Sequence record: NC_028899.1
Length of the DNA: 64,000 nucleotides
Direction: 5' to 3' (one strand)
Shown: piece by piece, positions 1 through 9,002 of the stretch
Layout: the number at the start of each line of letters is the position of its first letter
Numbering within the stretch: the stretch's first letter is position 1
The notes under the pieces: generated by a model
The model's database searches: none
Told to the model about the DNA's origin: nothing
Seen by the model: only the letters and a program-made list of their open reading frames with translations
Translations under genes and position numbers: made by a program

Positions 1-1
1 G

Positions 2-253
2 AATTCGATGATACAGGAAGCCGGTTACCTTCGGCACCATGCGATAGTCGAATTTCTGTTGAATCTTCGCAGAAATGTAACTGTTGGGATCGTCTTCAAT
101 GTCGGGACGCTGATCCAGTGCCTGAGGAGTACCGAATACCACCACGGAGGATGGCAGTTTGTACTTGTTAGTTACATAGATCAGATCGCAGAGGGTTTCT
201 GTCTCCGGACGATTGAAGTCGTATGTCAGAATGAACTGGAAGATCGATGACAT
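2..253 (-). CDS. Partial ORF running off the left edge; probable virion structural protein (MSSIFQFILTYDFNRPETETLCDLIYVTNKY...)
   Basis: Translated by hand from the ATG at 253 (minus), preceded by GGAG. Open to the window edge. Product is a guess from context. Confidence 0.55.
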   Translation of the reverse strand, partial: MSSIFQFILTYDFNRPETETLCDLIYVTNKYKLPSSVVVFGTPQALDQRPDIEDDPNSYISAKIQQKFDYRMVPKVTGFLYHRI

Positions 254-322
254 ATGACTCCGTTCGGTGGTTAAAAAAACAAAAAAATATACTCGGCTCA
301 AACGATTAATGCTGCAGACATA

Positions 323-348
323 CTATCCAGGACTTCAGTCCTGGATAG
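323..348. terminator. Hairpin CTATCCAGGAC-TTCA-GTCCTGGATAG, flanked by CATA/TATG
   Basis: Perfect 11-bp inverted repeat just past the stop of 363..659. Confidence 0.7.
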
Positions 349-362
349 CAGTCTATGTACTT

Positions 363-659
363 TTACCGAGCCGGCTTACGGGCCGGTGCGATACCACTGT
401 ACGAGTACAGGTGGGTCGCTTCGATGCCTGCCATCTTGGCGTGGAAGAACAGTTCCGTGATCAGTTCCGGTGTCATTTTCGGGGCGATGGTGTGGCCCTT
501 GAAGAAGAACGAAATCGTGATCGGGTTCTTGGCTCCTTCCTTGAGCCAAGTGCCGACGATGGCGCCGTGCTCGCCTTTACCAGCGGCTTCAGGGCCGAAG
601 AAAACTTCATGCTTCAGTTCACGGTTCTTGCCGAAAATTGCGCCCAGGATCTTTTTCAT
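363..659 (-). CDS. Hypothetical protein (98 aa)
   Basis: ORF between two hairpins, with GGAG upstream of the start. Confidence 0.6.
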   Translation of the reverse strand: MKKILGAIFGKNRELKHEVFFGPEAAGKGEHGAIVGTWLKEGAKNPITISFFFKGHTIAPKMTPELITELFFHAKMAGIEATHLYSYSGIAPARKPAR

Positions 660-689
660 TTGTAAACTCCATTCAACATTTTGAAAGTA

Positions 690-705
690 GGGGACCGAAG
701 TCCCC
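690..705 (-). terminator. GGGGAC-UUCG-GUCCCC hairpin
   Basis: UUCG tetraloop on the minus strand after the stop of 720..1130. Confidence 0.65.
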
Positions 706-719
706 CGATTTACGACTGT

Positions 720-1130
720 TTAGTCGTTGTCGTAATACTGCTGCTCACGCTCATAATCTTCCTGATCTTTCTTCAGGCGATTCTGATGCGTAGGCTGCGT
801 CTTACATCCGTTGCAGATGAACAACGGTTTGTCACCTTGTGGTGCGTAGAAGTCATACCACTTCCAGAGTACCCCTTCCTTTTTAGGGAAGGACAGATGA
901 CAGTCACGACACTCATGAGGTTCGTTATCTTCCGCCTCCTGAGCTTTCTCGTCGCATGCTTTGCAGCACACGTGAGAACTGACTGGGCCGAAAGAATCCA
1001 TCTCTCGACGCAGTGCAACTGCTAAGTTGATGTCGGCGTCAACATGCTCGCAGCCGCCATCTTCTTCCAGTCGCGCTTGTTTATACTCGGGCGACGATGC
1101 CGAGATGTCTGAGCGAGTGAACCAGTTCAT
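720..1130 (-). CDS. Cys-rich putative zinc-binding protein
   Basis: CEH, CCKAC, CRDC and CNGC motifs; AGGAG RBS. Confidence 0.7.
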   Translation of the reverse strand: MNWFTRSDISASSPEYKQARLEEDGGCEHVDADINLAVALRREMDSFGPVSSHVCCKACDEKAQEAEDNEPHECRDCHLSFPKKEGVLWKWYDFYAPQGDKPLFICNGCKTQPTHQNRLKKDQEDYEREQQYYDND

Positions 1131-1193
1131 GGTTTTCGCATTCTCCTAAAAAGGTTTTGAGCGAGAGCGATGCTCTCATTTTGGTCCAGCTAT

Positions 1194-1664
1194 TTACATC
1201 CCGTACTTGACCAGCAGGTCGTCGAACTTCCGGAAGAACTCTCCGCGGATGTACGTGACGCCGCCGAACTCGCGAGCACTGACGCGATCGTCGGGATTGA
1301 TGCGGTAAGCGTGAAGCATGACGTCTGCGATCATCGGTTCCAGTTTGCGGACGAACGGAGTATTGTAATCCGCATCGAAACCGAAATGGCTGAGAACCGT
1401 CAAGTACGTATTGACGTCGATCGCCGAATGCAGACGAGTCTCGTAAAAGGTACGAGCATCATCGGCCTTGACACGAAAGCTTGCATCCATCAGCCACTTG
1501 TCGACTTTGATCAATGCAACTTCGCTTTTCAAATCGTCGTTCGAAACTGCAAACGGCTGAAAACGAAGATCGACCATGCCGCGTGGAGTACCGCCGAAAG
1601 TCTGTTCCATCGCTTCCTGCATTTCACCGGCGTAAATAACCTGAACCACTTTGATCGTGCTCAT
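1194..1664 (-). CDS. Hypothetical protein (156 aa), first gene after an early-type promoter
   Basis: ORF with GGAG RBS. Confidence 0.7.
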   Translation of the reverse strand: MSTIKVVQVIYAGEMQEAMEQTFGGTPRGMVDLRFQPFAVSNDDLKSEVALIKVDKWLMDASFRVKADDARTFYETRLHSAIDVNTYLTVLSHFGFDADYNTPFVRKLEPMIADVMLHAYRINPDDRVSAREFGGVTYIRGEFFRKFDDLLVKYGM

Positions 1665-1717
1665 TCCGACTCCATTTTAAAAGGGAACGAAAGCCTTTGT
1701 GTGGCTTTATCCTTTTC

Positions 1718-1738
1718 GTTATATATCAATGAAAAAAT
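1718..1738 (-). promoter_or_regulatory. Putative early (virion RNAP) promoter
   Basis: Minus strand ATTTTTTCATTGATATATAAC matches the motif recurring at 7 sites and resembles the phiKZ early TATATTAC motif. Confidence 0.65.
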
Positions 1739-1752
1739 CTAAAGAGAGACAT

Positions 1753-1785
1753 AGACGAGGATAGGGCTTTCGCCCTATCCCGTCT
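1753..1785 (-). terminator. Hairpin terminator followed by TATGTC
   Basis: AGACG-A-GGATAGGGC-TTTC-GCCCTATCC-CGTCT after the stop of 1792..3174. Confidence 0.75.
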
Positions 1786-1791
1786 TTTCGT

Positions 1792-3174
1792 TTAATCCAA
1801 ACCGACAAGACCTGCCTGATTGGGATCGTCCGCTCTCACGAAGATCACCATGGCAATAAACGAACGGTAGCCATTTGCCAGCAAACCTTTACCGTTCATC
1901 TTCGTTTGGATATGAGCCTTAAGCAGCACGCCGTTGACTTCCTTCACCTCGCCTTCGTTCAAGAACATGATCTTCACGTTCAAGCCAGGTTTGATGAGTT
2001 CCGGATCTGCATTTTCCCATTCGACCGTGTAGAAGTGACCTTGACTACGAGCCAGTCGGGAAGTAGCGAGATATGGATTAGCAGTGATGTTTTCAGCCGA
2101 CATGCGAACATTGTTCTTTCCGTTAGGAGCTTGCTCACCAACGAATTCACTGTTGTTCTTACTGCGCTGTACAAGCGCTGTGTTATTGCCATCCTTCGAG
2201 AAGCCCTGGACGATCTGGTTGGCATCTGCAAACATAACGCCATTACCAGCGTTATCCTGGATCTGACTCTTGTCAGATTGGATCTTCTTGTTACCTGTGG
2301 ACAGGATGGTCGTAATGCCATTCTGCGTGAGGTAAGTCTTTTCGATTTGAGGATAACGTTTAGCAGGAACCGAGATGACGATCAGTTTCTCTTTCGCATC
2401 GTCGAACCCTGCGGTGTCGTAAGGCGGATACACGTACCAGATACGGTCATGGACAAACTGCGCCATGCCGGTCGGGAATACGCCGCCTGTTTTCTTTTGT
2501 ACGTAATCAGCCAGATCCGACAACATAACACCATGGTCGATGATGACCTGAGGCCACTTATCAGTAGCCGCAGATGGGTGCATGTTCACACCCAGAAGCT
2601 TCTCATCGTCATCGAGTTGCAACTCAGCGCAATGCATCGTGATTGCATTCTTGATGACATCGGCATTGGTCGTATTGGTGTAGTTACCACCAACCGATAC
2701 CTTAGCAATGTCGTCAAGCAGTTTCGGTTTCAGCTGAATGTCGATTTCCACGAAGTCAATCAAATTCTGGACTTCGCGACTCAGGCTTTCTGAGTTATTG
2801 TCTTCCGCCATGTAGGGACGGGCTTTCGGGTCGATTGAGACATTGAACGTCTCGACAGTCACGGAACCAGGTTGGTCGGACTTGTCGTAGTTTGTATAAT
2901 TGAGGAGTTCCGTTTTCAGGATAAACTCCAGATTTCCCTTAGCCGGGTAAATCTGCGTGGTGTAGTCGCCAAGCAACATCACCACTCGCATCATTTTGAC
3001 TGCACCGTAAGCGAGTTCGTAATCGGCATGCTCATCGATGTCGGTGATCTTGATCACATCGAACGTCTGAGAACCGATCTTGAACTGCCCGGTATAGCTG
3101 TAGAAATTGGGAGAAACGCTGGACTGCATGACTCGTTGAATCTCGAAATCCAGCGGTGTGCTATCGACAATCAT
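1792..3174 (-). CDS. Virion structural protein, phiKZ gp101-like (tail/baseplate candidate)
   Basis: 460 aa; size and synteny at the end of the gp98-101 block. Confidence 0.6.
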   Translation of the reverse strand: MIVDSTPLDFEIQRVMQSSVSPNFYSYTGQFKIGSQTFDVIKITDIDEHADYELAYGAVKMMRVVMLLGDYTTQIYPAKGNLEFILKTELLNYTNYDKSDQPGSVTVETFNVSIDPKARPYMAEDNNSESLSREVQNLIDFVEIDIQLKPKLLDDIAKVSVGGNYTNTTNADVIKNAITMHCAELQLDDDEKLLGVNMHPSAATDKWPQVIIDHGVMLSDLADYVQKKTGGVFPTGMAQFVHDRIWYVYPPYDTAGFDDAKEKLIVISVPAKRYPQIEKTYLTQNGITTILSTGNKKIQSDKSQIQDNAGNGVMFADANQIVQGFSKDGNNTALVQRSKNNSEFVGEQAPNGKNNVRMSAENITANPYLATSRLARSQGHFYTVEWENADPELIKPGLNVKIMFLNEGEVKEVNGVLLKAHIQTKMNGKGLLANGYRSFIAMVIFVRADDPNQAGLVGLD

Positions 3175-3875
3175 TGCACGCGATCGTTAATACCGTTGCG
3201 ATCCATATATGACAGGAAGATGTCACGCATGGACGGACGTTCCGGCAACTTCTTCTCTTCCTGATTCTCGGCAGGCTTTTCGTCGACACGACGAGCAGGA
3301 GAGTATTGGTTGTGGACCGTATAGTGGTCGTCTTTTGCCTTGTTGCGGTTCTTGATCCGGTTGTCGACTGCTTCGAACATTTTGTGCAAATCGATGATTT
3401 CGCGCTGCACACCTTCGGGAATGAAAGTGCGGGCGAACTCTTCTCCGTACTCATGACCAGCGTACTGATACACGGCTTCGGCGAATTCGTCGATCTGAAC
3501 CAGATCTTCAAACGGCACATTGTGATTGAACACCGTCGACTGAATGCGCTTGGCCCAATCGAAGGTGTAATCCTGGCAAATCTCGTAGATCGCTTTCGTA
3601 TCGTCACGACGGATGATCGAGACCATCGTGTGTTCGTGATAATACTCCACCATCTGAGCGATAGTGATGTAACAGGGAGCAGCCTGTTTCATCAGCTCCC
3701 GGTCTACGTTTTGGTTACCCGAAGTGGGTAGGCCATAGCGTTCCAGGTACGCCGTACCATAACGAGCGATACGAGGTACCCGACAATACCAGACCCGCCC
3801 CCACAACGGATACCGAGGATCATCCATCGGGATGCTACTCGGATTCGGCGCTGGACGTTTCTTCTGTTCTGTCAT
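3171..3875 (-). CDS. Conserved chimallivirus protein, phiKZ gp100-like
   Basis: Synteny; 4-nt ATGA overlaps with both neighbours. Confidence 0.55.
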   Translation of the reverse strand: MTEQKKRPAPNPSSIPMDDPRYPLWGRVWYCRVPRIARYGTAYLERYGLPTSGNQNVDRELMKQAAPCYITIAQMVEYYHEHTMVSIIRRDDTKAIYEICQDYTFDWAKRIQSTVFNHNVPFEDLVQIDEFAEAVYQYAGHEYGEEFARTFIPEGVQREIIDLHKMFEAVDNRIKNRNKAKDDHYTVHNQYSPARRVDEKPAENQEEKKLPERPSMRDIFLSYMDRNGINDRVQ

Positions 3876-5221
3876 AACCTTCTCAAGTTGTACTTGATCA
3901 GCAACAGCAGCAACGGGAAGTAGTAGAACTTCTCCACATGTCCCCAGTTGTAGCTGTCGTCACACAGTTTCAGAATATCGCTGGCTGCGATAATTTTAAA
4001 GTCAATGTAGTCGAGCAGCAGGCTTTCGAGCAGCGACAGGTTCGTGTTGTCACGCGTATAGAACGCCTGAGAAAGCACGTAACCATCAAGCATGTTCACC
4101 GGCTTGATGTTCGGCATGACCCCTACGCTACCATCCGTCGGAGGCGGCACGGGCACATACGGCGGCATCGTGGACACGATGTTCACCGGCAGCACAGGTT
4201 TCTGGATTTCCTTGGACATCATGAAATCCACATTGGTTTTCGCATCAAGCGGATACACCACTTGAGCAATACCGTTGTAGCGCATGCTGGCAAGCAATGC
4301 CGAGCGATGGAAGTTCACACGAGACGTAACGCCCGTCTTCGTGTAAATCATTTTCATGAGCTTCGGATCACGATTGGACAACATCGTCCAGAGACTCAGC
4401 GAGCCGATTGCTCCATCGTCACCGATGTTCAGTTCACGGATCGACTGGATATGCACGTCGTCAAACGAGTCCATGATCGACTTGACGAAATCCACGAGAC
4501 CATGGTCATACGTCGGCACATCTTGCATGGGCACGACGAGCGTCATGTACTCACGGCTGAAATACTGGTTGAAGTACAACTGAATCATGTCGTACCAATA
4601 GGCCGCGAGCTTCTTGCCGTTCTCGTAGTCCTCTTCGACCAGCAACGGATTCTGCAAATTCAGCAGGAAATCCTTGACGAAGTAGTACGTGACCTGAGTC
4701 TTCTGTTCCAGATCGTTGATACGAACCCGATCGTTGATCGCGACCAGCTGGTATTCGATGGTGTGCGCATGATCGAGGAAGATCTGCATCGCCGTGACTT
4801 TCGTCACTTTGAAGATACCCTCGCGACCATCTGCTACACCGGCTCGGAACATGTCGCCTTCCTGAGGAACCAGGAACGGATACACGTTCGACATACCCTG
4901 CATCGTGATTTCGTTGGTAGCCGGATCCTGCGAGACTTGAGTCAAGTCCTGCGTGACCTTCAGTTCCATCGACCAGATGCGGCGATACTGTTGTTGAACT
5001 GCCGGCAAGGAAATATCCTGACCTTTCAGTTCGCTATTCTGATCGAGGATCTGTGAGTAGTAATCCACCACCCACGGCGAGCCTTCGATATACGCGATCA
5101 GATCGCTCTGAGGCGTATAAGTGGTATCGATGACAGCAGTCTTGACACCTGGCTTAAACGGACGAACGATGTCCGGTTTGGGCAGGTTAGGAGACTTGTC
5201 GGTATCTTCCCAAAGTGGCAT
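3872..5221 (-). CDS. Virion structural protein, phiKZ gp99-like
   Basis: 449 aa; synteny; LIAYIEGSPWVVDYYSQ and PQEGDMF segments resemble neck/head-completion proteins. Confidence 0.6.
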   Translation of the reverse strand: MPLWEDTDKSPNLPKPDIVRPFKPGVKTAVIDTTYTPQSDLIAYIEGSPWVVDYYSQILDQNSELKGQDISLPAVQQQYRRIWSMELKVTQDLTQVSQDPATNEITMQGMSNVYPFLVPQEGDMFRAGVADGREGIFKVTKVTAMQIFLDHAHTIEYQLVAINDRVRINDLEQKTQVTYYFVKDFLLNLQNPLLVEEDYENGKKLAAYWYDMIQLYFNQYFSREYMTLVVPMQDVPTYDHGLVDFVKSIMDSFDDVHIQSIRELNIGDDGAIGSLSLWTMLSNRDPKLMKMIYTKTGVTSRVNFHRSALLASMRYNGIAQVVYPLDAKTNVDFMMSKEIQKPVLPVNIVSTMPPYVPVPPPTDGSVGVMPNIKPVNMLDGYVLSQAFYTRDNTNLSLLESLLLDYIDFKIIAASDILKLCDDSYNWGHVEKFYYFPLLLLLIKYNLRRL

Positions 5222-5229
5222 TACGTCCT

Positions 5230-6780
5230 CTATTTCTTCGTGATTTCATAAACGCCATTGACTGTTGAGAACTGCACAGTCTTCATGGCACGATTGATGA
5301 CTCGACCACGCATGCATTCTGCAAACTGATCGAAAGTACGAGCGTTCAGGCCCTTGGCGATGTACTGACCGCAAGGACGATCGGAAGTCGTCGGTGCGAT
5401 GTAATCGACGATCTGATCGAACGCACAGCGTTGGGCTCTCAGACGCGCTTTAGCGTCTTCTGTGAGGTTTGTGAAGTCAGTTGACACCGACACACGGACG
5501 TGGTAGTACCGACGCTTATTGAGCGATCTGGTGCTCCACACGTTGAGGTTCTCGTCTACACGGATCCAAGACGGATCCATGAGGTTACGGCCCATGTACA
5601 AACTGACGTTTACAGCCGAATTGCGAGGCTGCGTTACGTACTGGGCTTCTGAGGCGATGAACTGCTTCATGCAGTCACTGAACTTGAATCCGTACGAATC
5701 TGCTTCGAGATCCGTCAGGTTCAGTAGCAAGTTAGGCTGACCATCTGGTTCGTCTCCCACGAGCACAAGAGTCGTTACCATGCGCATCGTCTTATCGACG
5801 ACATTGCGAGGCATGAACTCATCGAACGTCGGGAAATAACGACCCGGGAAATCGTTGTACGGAGCACCGACGTTTTGCATCGACTCGAAAGACTTCAGGT
5901 GAGCAAGCGACCACGACCGCGAGGTCTGGTGATCTTTCAGGCGTTGAAATCCTTCTTCATTCCGATACTTCTTGTCGAGGATCTGATTGTGAATCACAAT
6001 CGGATACATGAAGTGGACATCCTTCGGTTTCTCGTAACGCAAGACGTAAGGGATTTCGACTTCCCACACGTCCGTCTCATCCTTGCGTTGGCCGAAGTCC
6101 GGTTCAGCACCGATGTCGAAGAAACCGATACAACGACACTGCGTCTCTTTGAAGACGCCCAGCGTATTCTTGCCGGTCTGGTCGGTGAGCACACCCCAAC
6201 GCGGGTTCACCCATTTCTGGAAGAACTCATCGAATGTGTCGCCATAACCTGCCACGTTTTCCGTCATCTGCCAGATGGCTTTCAAGATAACCATGAAAGA
6301 TTCAGGCATCGAGAAAGAATACTGGAGTGTGTGGAGCCAAGTATCCTCGCGATTCGGGATCTTCATGATCATGTAATCGTACCAGCGACGGGCGTCCGTC
6401 TTGTTCTTGGCACGATAGTGAATCGTAAACTTCATTTCCACCGATGCATAGATCGGTCGCATTTCGACTTCGAGATCTCGATTGAGGAAAAGCGGAATCT
6501 GTTCGGCCTGTTTGGTCACCATCGCGGGCAACCAGTCTTGTACGTAGTTCTCCGTGATTTCCACGAAGATCTTGTCGGTGGAAGGAAAGCGCACGCTTTC
6601 GTTTTTCTTCGAGATGTAGCCGTGAGGCTGAGCCACCGTATCCGTATAGCCCGGATAATTGATGGTCATATCGGCAGGCAATCCCATCCGGTCGATCAGA
6701 ATTTCCTGAACCGTTGCAACAGCAATCGCACGGCTTACCGACTGATCGGATTCCAGGATAGGTCGTTGTACTTTGGGCAT
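5230..6780 (-). CDS. Virion structural protein, phiKZ gp98-like
   Basis: 516 aa; synteny. Confidence 0.6.
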   Translation of the reverse strand: MPKVQRPILESDQSVSRAIAVATVQEILIDRMGLPADMTINYPGYTDTVAQPHGYISKKNESVRFPSTDKIFVEITENYVQDWLPAMVTKQAEQIPLFLNRDLEVEMRPIYASVEMKFTIHYRAKNKTDARRWYDYMIMKIPNREDTWLHTLQYSFSMPESFMVILKAIWQMTENVAGYGDTFDEFFQKWVNPRWGVLTDQTGKNTLGVFKETQCRCIGFFDIGAEPDFGQRKDETDVWEVEIPYVLRYEKPKDVHFMYPIVIHNQILDKKYRNEEGFQRLKDHQTSRSWSLAHLKSFESMQNVGAPYNDFPGRYFPTFDEFMPRNVVDKTMRMVTTLVLVGDEPDGQPNLLLNLTDLEADSYGFKFSDCMKQFIASEAQYVTQPRNSAVNVSLYMGRNLMDPSWIRVDENLNVWSTRSLNKRRYYHVRVSVSTDFTNLTEDAKARLRAQRCAFDQIVDYIAPTTSDRPCGQYIAKGLNARTFDQFAECMRGRVINRAMKTVQFSTVNGVYEITKK

Positions 6781-6822
6781 AAGTGAGTCCCGTATTGGTT
6801 CTATGTCAAAAGATCAAACGAT

Positions 6823-6854
6823 ATACTACTCCTGGCACCGGCCAGGAGTAGTAT
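6823..6854 (-). terminator. Hairpin terminator
   Basis: ATACTACTCCTGGC-ACCG-GCCAGGAGTAGTAT, 14-bp stem. Confidence 0.75.
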
Positions 6855-6857
6855 CGA

Positions 6858-7271
6858 TCAATCACGCTGCATGTAATCGGGTAAATCAGGAAATGGCTGG
6901 ATCGTTCCTTTCAATCCATGGGAACAGTCCGAAAGGAAGAATACTTCACCAGGTTTAGCGCCGTTGCACCCTACCCAGGTATGACAGCGCTGACACTCGA
7001 AATCGTGTTCGTCTTCCGGATGCTTTTCATTGAACGTACACCAGCAATCATCGCCAGCTTTATGCGAAGAACAGTAGTGGCCTGTTGTCACCAGTACACT
7101 CGGACCAAATACGGGGTTGTTCACATCGCCATTCCACGTCCAGTTTTGTCCTGGGCGACCACCTGCCGTTGTGATCTGGTGTGAGGTTTTGCATCCCTGA
7201 CACCAATACGTCAAACCACTACGTCCCTGGCTGTCTGCCCAGCTACGTAGTTTCTTTGAGAGCAGTCCCAT
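6858..7271 (-). CDS. DUF6527-like Cys/His protein
   Basis: WCQGC..H, WTWNGD...P.FGPSVLV, CH and SDCSH motifs typical of DUF6527. The ATG at 7271 is preferred over the upstream TTG. Confidence 0.65.
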   Translation of the reverse strand: MGLLSKKLRSWADSQGRSGLTYWCQGCKTSHQITTAGGRPGQNWTWNGDVNNPVFGPSVLVTTGHYCSSHKAGDDCWCTFNEKHPEDEHDFECQRCHTWVGCNGAKPGEVFFLSDCSHGLKGTIQPFPDLPDYMQRD

Positions 7272-7307
7272 AATCTTCTCAACGAGTATTGTCCAAAAGA
7301 TCAACGC

Positions 7308-7335
7308 CTACCAGTAGCCTTTCGGCTACTGGTAG
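7308..7335 (-). terminator. Hairpin terminator
   Basis: CTACCAGTAGCC-TTTC-GGCTACTGGTAG (GAAA loop on minus). Confidence 0.75.
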
Positions 7336-7345
7336 ATGTCAATGC

Positions 7346-7585
7346 TTAATCGTCGTTGCGCGTACGCTCACGGAAGCCGCTATGGCTCTGCATGCGGGTC
7401 TTCAGGTCCTTGTTGCGACCATCGATACCGACAGCATGTCCGACTTCCTTGACGGCATTGCCGATTGCTCGGCCGGTGCCTTTCACGAGTTCACCTACGT
7501 TCCCTACGTCGTCTTTCAACGACTGAGTGAACGAACTCATCGAGGCTTGTTGTTTGGTGGGACGGTCGTGGCGGGAGAAACCCAT
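7346..7585 (-). CDS. Small hypothetical protein (79 aa)
   Basis: ORF starts 2 nt after the upstream stop; amphipathic VG-rich repeat. Confidence 0.5.
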   Translation of the reverse strand: MGFSRHDRPTKQQASMSSFTQSLKDDVGNVGELVKGTGRAIGNAVKEVGHAVGIDGRNKDLKTRMQSHSGFRERTRNDD

Positions 7586-7587
7586 GA

Positions 7588-8898
7588 TCAGTGTCCGTGC
7601 TTCTTCAGTTCGACCTGGTTGCCGTTCTTCATGTTGAAGGCGAGCACATAGGTCGTGAGGTTGATGAAAGCATTGACGACGCCGTCGACCAGGCCGTAAT
7701 ACATCAAGGCCGGTTGATCCATCGTCTTCTGGAAGAACTTCAGATCGTACATCATCACATCGCGCTCGGTCTTCTTCTCCTTGCTGGAGAACAGATTCGC
7801 GCCATGCTTCTTGATCTTCGCTTCCACTGCCTTGATGAACGCTTCCTTGTCGGCCTGATACTGACGCATCTTGTCGGCAAGTTTCTCGCGCTGCTGGTTC
7901 AAGAACTGAATGTTCTCGATGAGCTTGTCCGGATTAGCGGCGTCGCCATCCAGCACAGCGTACTTGTTGAGGTTGATCACACCCTCGACTTTCGTCTTGC
8001 TCACGCGCAGCTGGTCCACCCAACGCAGGTTTTCCTTCATGGCATCGCGACTTTTCGGATCGTACTTCGGCGGCTCTGCCATCTGGATGGTCACGTAGGT
8101 ATTGTCGCCGAATTCTTCCGACGCATACACCTTCACGTTGCCATTCTTACCGCGTGTTGCGGCCAGGATCCGACCATCGTGCGTTTCGTGGAAAGCGATG
8201 GGCATCGGCTTGGATTCGATCTTCTCACCGATGATGCTTTCCTTGGCGGACTTGTTCAGTTCGCCTTGAGCCGTGAACACCTTGACCATTTCGCTACCGA
8301 TCTGAGCCAGATAGGTCGCATTCATGATGCCATGATTGGTCGTGATGTTCTTGAGGATCTCGGGCTTGGAGAGGTCGCACTTCTCGAAGTAGCCATGGGG
8401 ACCAACCGGATAGGGAGCAGACTTCTTCTCCTCGTCCGTACGCTTTTCAGCAGCGTCTTTGACTTCTTCGGCTTTTTGCTTCAGTTCACCGACCTTCTCT
8501 TCAGCATCCTTGTTGCGAGTGAAGATCCGCTTGATCAGACCCCACACCCACTGGAACGCTTTCTTGATCGAGTTGATGATCGACATGAAAACGTTCTTGA
8601 CGCCTTCACCAAAACCCTCCAGAGCAGCATGACTCAGGTCATGCGTCTTGAAGGATTGGAGATCGGGCATCGCTTTGTACGGGGCACCGCCGATGCGTCC
8701 CAGTCGCAGGAACGATTCGACCGAGTGTTGGACGAGTTTGTAAGCCGTCTCATCGAGTCCCTTGTCGCCATCTGCCATCAAGTCCTGGGTATAGACCAGC
8801 GATTCCAGAGACTGAACAGCGGTTTCGACTTTCTCGTTATCGTGAGCATACGCCTGGAGGTCCATTTCCAGATCGTCGGCATAAGTGAGTGTGCTCAT
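7588..8898 (-). CDS. Internal head protein, phiKZ gp93-97 paralog family
   Basis: Acidic N-terminal propeptide ending in ALE (S/A/G-X-E prohead protease site), then GFGEGVKNVFMSIINSIKKAFQWVWGLIKRIF amphipathic helix. Confidence 0.7.
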   Translation of the reverse strand: MSTLTYADDLEMDLQAYAHDNEKVETAVQSLESLVYTQDLMADGDKGLDETAYKLVQHSVESFLRLGRIGGAPYKAMPDLQSFKTHDLSHAALEGFGEGVKNVFMSIINSIKKAFQWVWGLIKRIFTRNKDAEEKVGELKQKAEEVKDAAEKRTDEEKKSAPYPVGPHGYFEKCDLSKPEILKNITTNHGIMNATYLAQIGSEMVKVFTAQGELNKSAKESIIGEKIESKPMPIAFHETHDGRILAATRGKNGNVKVYASEEFGDNTYVTIQMAEPPKYDPKSRDAMKENLRWVDQLRVSKTKVEGVINLNKYAVLDGDAANPDKLIENIQFLNQQREKLADKMRQYQADKEAFIKAVEAKIKKHGANLFSSKEKKTERDVMMYDLKFFQKTMDQPALMYYGLVDGVVNAFINLTTYVLAFNMKNGNQVELKKHGH

Positions 8899-8926
8899 CT
8901 TTTTACCTTAAGTAGACGTCATAAGA

Positions 8927-8958
8927 GATACTCAGGGACCCGAAGGCCCCTGAGTATC
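8927..8958 (-). terminator. Hairpin terminator followed by TATG
   Basis: GATACTCAGGG...CCCTGAGTATC with a UUCG-containing loop on minus. Confidence 0.7.
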
Positions 8959-9002
8959 CCGTTTGACTAGACCGAAGTCAGTCTACCGCACGAGGCGAAG
9001 GA

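Noticed and set aside
6800-6812. TTGACA on the minus strand as a sigma70 -35 box
   Set aside because: No plausible -10 hexamer at 16-18 nt spacing.
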